64,000 bases of DNA from Rhodosorus marinus CCMP1338 (lineage: Eukaryota; Plantae; Rhodophyta), in assembly GCA_029953675.1 (NCBI GenBank), contig JAMWBK010000005.1:2480001-2544000 (forward strand), written 5' to 3'. The position numbers and the translations under genes were made by a program. Numbering within the stretch: the first letter of the stretch is position 1; every line of letters begins with the position of its first letter. The notes below the pieces were generated by a model. That model was not told the DNA's origin. It saw nothing but the letters and a program-made list of their open reading frames with translations, and made no database searches. Shown here piece by piece: positions 1 to 10,888 of the stretch.

Positions 1-1
1 G

Positions 2-277
2 CGGACTTCCTCATTCGCCAATCTTGACTTTGAAACATGCTCCCGTGACAGCGAAGCGGAGGACGTCCCGATGGAAATCAAGATTCAGGAAGATATTGTC
101 GAAGTAAACAAGTCCACATTCCCTTCTCATGACAAGGTGTCGGAGAACTACCAGTTGAATGGTTCTCAACGGACGCTGTGGTATGATGATCGCGCGGGAG
201 CTGTAGATACGTTGAACTCAAGAATCGAGACCGGCAGTTCAGAAACCCTTTCTTCCATTCGGAAATTTATCCATTGA
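2..277 (+). CDS. Probable 3' end of an unidentified gene entering from the left edge
   Basis: Reading frame is open from base 2 to TGA at 275-277 and converges on the UTP7 3' end. No recognisable motif. Confidence 0.3.
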   Translation, partial: RTSSFANLDFETCSRDSEAEDVPMEIKIQEDIVEVNKSTFPSHDKVSENYQLNGSQRTLWYDDRAGAVDTLNSRIETGSSETLSSIRKFIH

Positions 278-432
278 GGCAGCAGATACGTCCATATAAA
301 ACACGCCAGAAGCCCTTTAAAGAGCACATCGTACCCCGTGAGCCTGCTACCAAGCCGAGCATCCCTTGTGCCAACCTCACTGAGCCTGTTATTTACATCG
401 TTGGGCTGTACAAAAATCTCTCCAAACAGGTA

Positions 433-2714
433 TCAATCAGTCTTCTTCTCAAACCTTTTGAGCACTGGGTCGACGAATTTCTCCTCCTCCCTCTTCGGTT
501 TCGCCTGCTCTTTTCTTTCCTGAAGAGCCTTTCTGATGCTGTCGGACATAGACGAGAGGCACTTTAGCTGACCCGTGGACGAGCGCGGGGGAAAGAAGCC
601 ATATGCTGGGGAAACCGAGCCTAGTCATCCCTGTCGCCGCATACCTTTCGGACTTTTCATCCACAACGTTATGTTGCTTCCTCCTCAACCTCTTTGCGAT
701 CTTGTTTCTTCCTCGCGTCTTCTTCTTCTGCAAACTCTTGGCCCGCTGCGCCCTCTCAGCCTCTTTCTTCCTCAGTTGTATATCCTTCAATCTCTCGGCA
801 GGATCCTTGTCAATACCTCCAATGCTCGTCGGGTCAAGCGATATGGTTTCAGGTTGCAACTTCTCCATCAGAGACCGAACCTCACGTTGGCGGCGTTGCT
901 TAGACGTTTCAAACGGATTCGGAAGGGATGAGTCAAAATTCGCGACACCGGCTCCGGGTACGATCATATTGCAAAATCCTGTATGAACCGGATCACACGC
1001 CGTGAAACAAAAAAAATTAAGCAAACGATTCCCAACATGGGTTTGACATGGACGTTGGAAATGGTTGTCCTCGTCATGTACACCAGCTCTCAGATGACGT
1101 TACTCAGCTGTTCACTCCTCGAAAAATTCCTTCTTCTTGGTGAGGATCGGATCATGTACTTATCACGGTAAAGGAGCTTCCCGTTGCTTATCGAAAGTGG
1201 CAGATGGACCACATTGAAAGCATACTGGGTGAACATGCTTGAGCATCGCAACATACGATCCAGATGAGCATTCCACACGCAGCCGAACGACGCCGTGGAA
1301 CGACTCTGTCGGTGTTCCGACCCATCGAGTAAACAACGAACGCCTCGTCCAGCTTGATACAGATACATGTCCATTTTGCGCTCCCCGAAAAGAAGGAAAA
1401 CTGAAGAGTGCACTATAGAGTACTGCCAGTCCAAGCTGGTTTCACAGAGTATTGTTTGACTAGTTGTTTTCGTTTGGCAAGTCTGTCCCTACCTTTCGAG
1501 TGGGAAACTCCAAGAACATCTTCATACGGACAAAACGAAAGACTTTCAACCACCTTTCCAGGATACAGATTCTCCATGTAAGGAGCTCCTATTGTCGATT
1601 CGGAAAAGATGTCCTTATAGAGCTTAACGTTTGGACCAAAGCTCAGAGCAAGGAGGTTTCTTTGAGAGAATATCGATCTGTTCGCAGCGACCGGAAGTCG
1701 TATACTATGTTGTTGCGAAGTAGCAAATTAAGATGAGTGCATGGTTAAGAATTGCTATTGAAAATGTTTAGAGTTGTGGATAAGCAGGACTTACCAGTTG
1801 AGTTTCTTGTATGTTCTAAGATCATAAATATTACAATATGCGTCTGATCCCGAGGTCAGCATGTATGTGCCATCCCGTGTGATAGCAATGGAGTTGATGG
1901 ATCCGCGGTTTGCTAGGATCCTCACCAAAGGTTCGCTTGAGATAGGGCTCCATAGAGCTACTGTTCCATTGGAATGACCAGTAGCGATACAGGCGTTGAA
2001 TGGATTCAGGGTTATCGAGCTTGCTCCGCCGATGTGTGCTGTTTTCAGCTCTGCGACGACTTCTCCAGTTGAACTATCCGTATATTGAAGCCCTCCTCGT
2101 TCGCCAAGGCTTGCGAGAAGGAAGTGGTATGGGAGAAATTCAAGTCCAATTGGATTGATGTGTTTTCTCAATACGTGCAATTCTATTCCAGAAGAATCGT
2201 AGATCGCGGCGTATTTCCTCTGCGCAAGCGCGAAGTAGCTATCGTTGTGTAAAAACGTTCCATCTCGTACCGTTTGGTTAAGATAAATCTCAGACAACGG
2301 CTGCATTTTTGTCCAGTTTGTGACGGATACATGTCCATTCCTGCCGTACACCAAGAGCAGCTTTCCTGACCTCGAGTATTGTGCGCTATACGGACCCAGC
2401 CCAGTCTTTCCCAGCTCAAGTTTGAAAGACCCACGGATCTTTGTCGCAGTATCAGAACATTCCAGAACTTGCTCCTGAGTTACTTTAAAAGTCCTTTCCA
2501 GCGGTCCTTCCGCCTCCAAAAAGCCGGTCCTCTCAGTCAAAGTCAACTGAGACAAGTGCGCAGTCCTCTCAGCGGCCGATAGACTCTCTTTCTTCAGCGC
2601 CTTCAACTTCCCGCGAAGTTTGCGGTCGTCAGAAACATCCTTATCCAGCCTCAAATCGGCGTTCCTAAGCACGTCACCCACCTTCATACCACTGCTCTCA
2701 TCCTTCTTACTCAT
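433..2714 (-). CDS. UTP7: U3 snoRNP WD-repeat protein Utp7/WDR46 (BING4), 4 exons
   Basis: Exons read MSKKDE...GPYSAQYSRSGKLLLVYGRNGHV...LEFLPYHFLLA...TGHSNGTVALWSP, then LSFCPYEDVLGVSHSKG|FCNMIVPGAGVANFDS...NPFETSKQRRQREVRSLMEKLQPETISLDP, and a last exon ending DPVLKRFEKKTD* (TGA 433-435). Includes a 514-nt intron at 979-1492. Confidence 0.92.
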
Positions 2715-3815
2715 CCCTTCCCGGTGCAAAAAAAAACGCAATCTCTTACACCTTAAACCTCAACAAGTTACTACTAACATATTTCTTATCTGTCTCGAAC
2801 TCTTAAAACCATACCAAAAGATACCGCAAGCATCTCATCAAAGTGTACCCAAACCTACTCCCCCACCGTTCCCCCCATTCATTCCGATAGACACCGACCG
2901 GGAACGTCCCTCGAAGACGGTACAATCCCCCCCAAAGAATCAAATAAATTAGAAGAATTAATTCCAAAAGACACGTGGGATAAATTAATTGAATTAAACG
3001 ATACATATGGACACATGTTGATATATTATTCAATATGTACAACACGTGTCCATAATTCATTGGCATTTTACGGACTTTTTCGATTGTTTTTGGGTGGGGT
3101 TGACGGTTTTTTGGTGAGTGTGAATAGCAAGTTCAGAACATGCGTGACGAAGGTGCTGAACATGATGGCTTCGGTGATCCGTTCCCGCCGAATGTTCCAT
3201 TTTCACATACATTTTTTCAGATTTGCGTTGTATCGTTTCACTTTTCCAATCGACATGGGGATTTCTGCAGGCGGCGGTTTGCCCACTGGAACGCCATTTG
3301 CCTACGCTCGGAAATGGGAATCAAAAGTCTGGTTTTCGATCGGGGTTTGCGATTTTAACGATCGTCTTTACTGGAGTGGATGTGCGAAAGCAAGTTAACG
3401 AGACATAGATTATGAGTTAAATAGCGCGTAATGCAAATGTTTCTTCTCGCTGGGAGCAAACTCTTAACCCATCCGTGTTCCAGAAGGTTCCGATGTGCTC
3501 CGGAATTGCCTAAGCTGCAGCCTTGGAGGCTGTCCCAGCTGGTCTTTTTTGGTTCTTTGTAACAAAAGGCTTTCGAGCATCCTACTGCTGTCCAAGGATC
3601 CTCCAAGCTTTGTTTGTCGACGAGAAATTGCGATTGGCTTCTGACACATTGGAAAACAATCCAGATATGTATCGGAGTGGAAGATGGTGGCGCAGTTCTT
3701 GCAGCCTCCCTGGTCAGTGTCATGCGTAGCAAACAATTGCGACTCCGCTCCGCTTCTGGTTCACATATCGCTTTGCCTCACCAAAGTTCCTGTTTGGATC
3801 TTCACGCTTCTCCTA

Positions 3816-5466
3816 TCATCTCCCACCACCGCGGTACCCAAAGGGGTCGCTAAATTTTGGTCCTTGTGCGCGCGCGCCTTGACCATGACCATGCTGTCCT
3901 TGTTTTGGTCTGGACTGCATCTTCGCGTTGGCAGCTTCCTGTTGCTTTTTGCGTTTCGCTTCAAACTCGTGAGTTGACGTGCTGGGTGATGGCAGCTGCG
4001 AGCGATCACAGGGTAGTGGCTCTGCCCGAAACCATCGATGCTGAAGCGCGTCAGTGGCGCTCATTCTCTTAGTGCTATCAAGAGCAAGCAGCTTCTCGAT
4101 GAGGTCAAGGACGTCAGCTCCTAGATGTGCCAAGTTCTGTCGAAGCCTCGGCGGGTAGCTGTAGTGTTGAAATCGTTCGTCATGGGATATAAGTCAAAAA
4201 CTGAAGCACTGCACGCAATGCTCGATTCCAGAACGATATCTTACTTTGTGTGTCTGATCAAATATGCATTGGGAAGACGCTCATAGGCTGGCCACATATC
4301 CCCGCTCGGAGATCCAAGGAGTTTCAAGATTCGATCCAATTGATCAGTCTCGCTGGAACCGGGAAATAGGGGCGTTCTCAACAAGAGCTCAGCCAAAAGA
4401 CACCCGACTGACCACATATCCACAGCGGGGCCGTATTCATTTGCTCCAAGGAGGAGCTCCGGGGGTCTGTACCACCTCGTGATGACCTTGTTGGTGTATT
4501 GTCTTCCGTTTTCTCCGCAAGTTCTTGCCAGTCCAAAATCAGCTATTTTCAGGTAACCATCCGCACTCAGCAGAAGATTAGAACCTGCTCGCAAGAGGCC
4601 AAAGAAAGTCTGAGATTGTCGCTCGCAAATCGACTGGACCCAATTGCGAGAGGGAAGGTACCTTTTATGTCGCGATGTAGAATATCCCTCTTATGGCAGT
4701 ATTCTAGTCCTGTTAGCAACTGCAGCATGCAGCATTTCACTTGTTCGACGGAGAAGTTCACTTCCCTTGTATCCATGAGCCCAGTCAGATCATGGTCCAA
4801 GTACTCGAATACCATGTAGATATTCACCTTGCCGTTCTTACTGTCCTCCGCGTCTGGTACATTCGGCAATGTCAAATGAGAAAAACAGTGCACTTAAGCA
4901 GTGGATCCAGTCGGCTAGATCGTGAGACTACAAGCGCACCGGTTACAATCTCCTTGAGCTTGACTATATTCTCGTGGTTGAGCATTTTTAACAGCTTGAT
5001 CTCGCGAATGGCAGTAAGGGGAAACTTTCCGATACGAAGGCGAAGAAAAAAATAGACGGACTCGTTAGGGGTCGGTGGCGAGTGTTTCATGTGAAGCAGG
5101 TGATGTGTTTCGGTTTTCATCGTCGTTCCATTGATCCCCTACCCCTTCACGTTCATTGTCCATTCTCACTTTCTTTAATGCGACAATTTCATTTGTCTCC
5201 GTATCCTTCGCCTTCCACACCTGCCTAATTTCGATTAAGCAAACCAAATCCATCAGCGCATCAAGCCCTTTCTAAGCAAACCCACAAACCGAAGGTCCAG
5301 GACAAACATAGACCGACGGACGATGATGGCTCGGTCAGGCAACTCACCCATAGGTCCCTTCTCCAACCTGCTCATCCTTTTTAAAAACACTCACATCCCT
5401 CGCAGCAAGAGGACGGCGACGTTTCTTGCTCTCCACAGCGGCTTTACCCTTCAATTCCACGCCCAT
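3816..5466 (-). CDS. CDKC: Cyclin-dependent kinase of the CDKC/CDK9 (PITAIRE-type) class, multi-exon
   Basis: Motifs VGEGTYG, VALKKVRMDNEREG|FPLTAIREIKLL, YMVFEYLDHDLTGL, ILHRDIKG, KIADFGLAR, YTNKVITRWYRPPELLLG. ATG at 5466-5464, stop at 3816. Confidence 0.92.
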
Positions 5467-5974
5467 TCCTCGCAACGTTCTCGAGAAAACCACGCACAAA
5501 GCAGAACAACTCGCCAACACCAACTACAAGAGACTACACCTAGCACCAAACCATACCATACAATGAAGTAACCACTTTCTAATATTCCATATTACAAAAC
5601 CCAAAAAAAAGCTTCAAGAACCTTCTGAAAGCAGTCGATCTAATCTTCAACCGTCCAAGCACTCTCAACCCCACTCTGATCCATCTCCCTCAGCCATAAA
5701 ACGACCCCTATCGATGTGGCTATTGACACCTTTGGGGTTGAGTTGACTTTATAGCCCGTTGCACAGATTTGTTGTCCACTAGTCTACTGTACTTCCATCC
5801 ATGAATAGGTCTGTGCTTCGCTCTCAATTCGATCAAACCAGCGGCAGGCTTTAACATCAAGTCTGCAACCGAGCCGTGGCTGGAGTGCCGGAGTAAGGAA
5901 CTAGTGTCAGACCACACAGTCAGGTTGGTTTTTAGTTCCTTGTAGAAGACCCAGGAACCGAGAGAGTTTCAGAA

Positions 5975-6230
5975 AGAAACTTGGCTGGAACTAGTAGGCA
6001 AGAGGTGGGGCACCATACACCATGTCTGACCACTTGGGTCGCCAACTGGTAGGCTAGGGCCCACCATCCACGGCTCGAAAGTGGTAGGCAGACAGTGGCA
6101 CCATAAAACGACGCCTGACAACTTTCCTCGATCTGAGAACCACAAGGTGGCACCATACAAGATCTCTGACAACTTGGCTACGAACTGGTAGGCAGAGGTT
6201 GCACCATACACAATGTCTGCCAACTCGATC
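5975..6230. repeat. Degenerate tandem repeat, about 5 copies of a ~51-bp unit
   Basis: Consensus CTGACAACTTGGCTACGAACTGGTAGGCAGAGGTGGCACCATACACAATGT recurs with indels between the divergent CDKC and radical-SAM genes. Confidence 0.7.
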
Positions 6231-6763
6231 AACAACCGCAAAACTATCTTCCTACTCAAGGAAGAAAGACAAAAACCACGAGACAGTCTGTCATCAAAAC
6301 TATTGATTGATTCAATCTCTTGAAGGAGTTATTATCGGGAGTCGGTCGGGCCGGATGGACGAAGAAGATACCAATGCAGATTGATATCATAAATGTCAGA
6401 TGACTTTCTGATTAAGATTGTGCCGTATATTGTTTAATTGTTACATGGAAAGTATTCGATAAACTTCGTTCTGTGTTTCATAAGTATTTGAGCCGATGAG
6501 GTAGATAATACGATACTTTTCGGTTTATGTGTTTAAATATTTTTATGGGTTTGTGTGACATTTTTAGGATGGCGGTTTGGATGGATTGGGGTGGTTTTGG
6601 TGGTTTGGTTGGGTTGCGGGCGGAGGTCAGAGGGTAGGTTGAGGGCGGGGGGGGTGTTGGCTATGTACCCTGGGGTTAGAGCTTGAATGTAGAAATGCTC
6701 CGATGCAGGATCTTGTGAGGTGATCAAAAAGTGATCCTGCTGTTCTCTTGGCTATTGAAAAAC

Positions 6764-9700
6764 ATGGAGGCTTTTGTTGGAGGGGTGGATCTGAGATCCA
6801 GCAGTTTCTCCCCGGGGTTGAAGGGCCAGGCTTCTGGTTGTGGACGCAGGCATAGCGTGGCAAGGACAAGGAGGGTGGATATGGTCGTTGAGAGTCCACC
6901 TTCAGAAGAGTTAATGGGTGGGAGCGTCTTGAAGGATCTTGAGGTTGACGGGGCCTGGGAAGGGCTAAAGTCGATTTTGCCGTTTGAGGTGCTGAGAACG
7001 ATTTCAAAACCTGGTAGATATCTCGGAAATGAGAGAGGAGCTGTTATGAAGAACTGGGATCAGAACCAGCTCAGAATGTGTCTGGCATATCCAGAGACGT
7101 ACGAGATCGGGATGAGCAACACTGGTCATGTGATCTTGTATTCGTGCCTGAACGACGTGGATGGAGTGCTCTGCGATAGGTAATTACGCCCTAGTCACGG
7201 AAGATGTCATGATCCAGGACGCTTGCTCGATTGTGAGGATTTTCGTTTCCTCTGACCATTATCTCGTGCATATCATGTTTTAATCTCAACCCTAGGAGCT
7301 ATCTTCCGGCATCAGATATGGGTGCAGCCCTTAAGGACGCAGGGAAGGACTTGTTCGCTGTCGAATCCAAGAGGCCACTCGCAGAGTTTGACGTCTTGGC
7401 GGTATGAATCTTGCTTCTTCGTCCAGAGCAATAGCCTACTCGGCAGTTAGCAAGAGTCAGTCCCATAGTGGCGAGGCCTGCTGACAGTTCTTTTCCGTTC
7501 ACGTTGTTTTCAGATTCCTGTCCACTACGAAATGGGGGCGACGAACTGTCTAGAATTGATGTCCTTGAGCTCAATCCCTATTTCTTGGTCAGAGCGCGAT
7601 GCTGACCCCAGCAAACCATTTGACGTCTCCTCCGGTAGCTACCCGCTTGTATTTGGAGGTGGCCAGACGGTTACTGCTAACCCCGAGCCCTTCGCGGAGT
7701 TTTTTGACTTCTTCGCGCTCGGCGACGGAGAGGAGGTTCTGCCAGCCATAGCGCGGAAAGTCGATGAGTGTAAGAAGCTTGGCTTATCGCGTGTGGAGGT
7801 CCTGGTTAAGCTTGCCCGAGACGTTCCGGGTATCTACGTCCCGATGTTTTATTCAATGCATCAGGATGGGTCTGTGCGAAGGAATAGGGATGACATCCCA
7901 GCCAGGCCGCAGCGTCAGGTATGATCCAGTGCGGAAGCGGGGGCTTTCATTCAGGGACCTTCTCACTTCTCCTCTCTCTGTGTGCCATTTAATTCGCTAA
8001 GGTTGCGACCCCTCAACCGGAGAGGGCTCTTCGACTTGTCCCTTACGTGCAAACAATTCACGATCGCCTCACGGTAGAGATTCGCCGGGGTTGTACTCGA
8101 GGTTGCAGGTTTTGCTTACCGGGAAATCTGAACCGTCCTGCTCGTGATGTGGAACCAGAGAGAGTGATTGAGGGCGTTCTTGAAGGGGTACAGAACTCTG
8201 GATATCGTGAGTTCTCTCTCCTGTCGTTGTCATGCTCCGACTGGCTTTCGCTACCATCTGTGGGCATCGAACTGAAAAATCGTCTACGCGAGCACAACAC
8301 AAACATTAGCCTGACGCTTCCATCGCAAAGAGTCGATCGATTCGATGAGGACATTGCCGTCCTCGTCGCCGGTGGTGAAGAAAAGAAAAGCGGTATTACT
8401 TTTGCCCCAGAGGCTGGGACGCAGAGGCTCAGGGATGTCATCAACAAGGGATTAACCAATGAAGAACTCCTTCGAGGGGTAAAGACTGCGTACCTGCAGG
8501 GCTATGCTCAGGTATGACCTCGAGACCCAAGAAGGAGACACCTTTTCGCATCTCTTTGACACACATCTTCTGAACGAACTCCTGTGCAATAGGTCAAGTT
8601 GTACTTTATGATCGGTTTACCCGGAGAAACGGACGAGGATGTTGTCGGAATCTTTGAAACTGTAAAGTGGCTGCAGAGGGAGTGTAAGGAGAAAGGTCGC
8701 CGCCGCCTTGCGGTGAAACTGACGATATCGAACTTCACCCCAAAACCACATACGCCTTTCCAGTGGCATTCCGTATCAACGGAGGAGTTCAAGCGGAAGC
8801 AGCAGTTGCTGATGAGCTTGTTCAAGTCCCAACGGGATGTCAAGGTGGGAAAGCTTGGAATGTTAATGTCGATGTGACTTGAGTTAGTTCCCAGAGAGTT
8901 CTGAAGGCTCCCCGCGTCCTTTTTCCTCGTTGATCAGTGGAACTTCACGGACGTTCGAATCTCCGCAATGGAGGATTTCGTTGGCCGGGCGGACAGACGC
9001 ATGAGCGCGGTAATTCAGAAAGCGTGGGAAAATGGAGCTTCCATGGACGACTGGTGGATGGACTTAGACGGAGCATATAACGGCTGGAAGACTGCAATAG
9101 ACCAGTGTGGCCTGTCGTGGGAATACAGAAAAACCGCGGATGGAGAATGGAATGTCATGGAAACTCCTCAAGAGCAGGTGAAGGGAAAGAGAGGGTGGTA
9201 AGGGGATGCTTCAACTGTACTAGCGGATGTTGCGGAGGGCACTTTGGGATTTTATGTCCCAGACACTACTTCCTTTCATGACTTCGTCGGTAACCAACCT
9301 TCGCTTCTGAAAACTACTTCCCAGGTTTTACGAAGCACGAAGGAAGGGTTTGGAGTTCAAGACGCTGACTCCAAAGAGCGGATGGGGTGGGTCTGACAGC
9401 AGTGAAGAATCGGCAGATGAGCGCTCCAGTACTTCGCCTCTGGATAGGCCGTTGCCCTGGGACCATATTAATAGCGGGGTCGACAAGGGCTGGCTGCGGG
9501 ATGAGTTGATGAAGGCTCTCTCTGCAAATCTGACGCCGGACTGCTCGTTCGATGAATGCTCTTCTTGCGGAGTTTGTGGCGATGAACTCGGGCACAATGT
9601 GGTCATCCCTCCAGCGCCAATACCCGACTTCAAGGGCCACTATCGGTAAGACTTCGGGTACGTAAGCCCAGCCTGCTGGATTGCGATGCTCATCTACCTC

Positions 9701-10616
9701 GTGTTGTCGTTCGCAGACCAGCACACACTCGTCAGCAGAAGCTGCGTGTACGATTCTCAAGAACCGGCTCGAGCTCTATGATGGGTCATCTCGACGTTAA
9801 CCGCCTGCTCGATAGAGCGATGCTCCGAGCCGGCTTGCCTATTTCTTTCACGAACGGTTTCAACCAGCTTCCTAGAATGCAACCCGCGCAACCTTCCGCA
9901 CTCGGATATACCTCCAACGCGGAAGTCTATGATTTCGACATGGTGGAGCCAGTTGATGTTGGTGAATTCACACATCGACTATCAGAACAGCTACCTCCAA
10001 CATTCTCCATTCAGGTGCTTCTTAATACTACATGGATCTGGAGTATTGACCCTCTTATGCTAATCTTTTTTCTTTTCTGTGCCGTCCAAAATGGTTCCTC
10101 GTACAGGACGCGGAAGAGATTTCCTTATCGAGCCGATCACCTTCTGCAGCGCTTGAGGAACTAGTTTGGGTAGTCGTGCTTGTATCAGAAACGCTACGCG
10201 ATGAGGACAGTTGGAACAAGTGCATCGAAAACATTCGAAATTCTGGTCCAGTCTTGATCGAGAAGAAAACCAAGCGTACAAAGAAAAAGAAGGAGTTGGA
10301 TCTGCGGGAGCCACTACTCAGCGTTGAACGGGCGACCTCGTCAGATAGCGACCCAGTCCTGACGCACGTGGGTGTGGAAGACTGGGATGACACAAGCTGT
10401 ATCATCAAGTTCAGAACCAAAGTGTCATACGAGATGGCCAACCTCAGTCCAGCATCGTTTGCCAAGATGGTCGAAATCATCTCAGGTTCGGAAGTCACTC
10501 TTAGACACGCACACAAGGCCGATATCGTATTCGCCTCCGTGAAGGAACAAAAACCTCCCATCCGTGAGGAACAAGAAAATCCTATTCTTGAGGAAGAAAA
10601 AACCTCCTGCCCTTAA
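6764..10616 (+). CDS. Radical SAM protein (TIGR03960-like) fused to a TIGR03936/DUF2344-like domain, predicted plastid transit peptide, about 9 exons
   Basis: Motifs KPGRYLGNE, LAYPETYEIGMSN, FGGGQTVTANPEPFAEFFDFFALGDGEE, CTRGCRFC (CxxxCxxC, 8092-8115), TFAPEAGTQRLRDVINKG, KLYFMIGLPGET, FTPKPHTPFQW, LPWDHI, CSFDECSSCGVC, then GHLDVNRLLDRAMLRAGLPISFTNGFN. N-terminus MEAFVGG... is Ser/Arg-rich. Confidence 0.88.
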
Positions 10617-10888
10617 GTAAAACTCCAGTTCAGCTCGGTATAACAAGCTGTGCGTTGAAACGCTGTGATGCCCATGTTTCCATGTCGTCGAGTCGAACAT
10701 AGAGCCAGAGGGTGGGATGGGGGTTAGGGGTGATGTAGATCGGCTCAGTTTGTTGAGTATGAAAGTCTCTGACGCAGGGACTTCTGCTTGATAATGGACT
10801 CTAACAACAAAGAATCGGTCTGCTTGAGGAGGATAAGATCAGACTCTTTGAACATAGAATCATTTTCCAAGTTAGTTCGCTCGTCGGG

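Noticed and set aside
5975-6230. CRISPR-like array, or selenocysteine read-through (TGA aligned with TGC between repeat units)
   Set aside because: The context is eukaryotic, there are no constant repeats with unique spacers and no cas genes. The TGA/TGC change is one substitution, other frameshifts break that frame, and no SECIS is evident.
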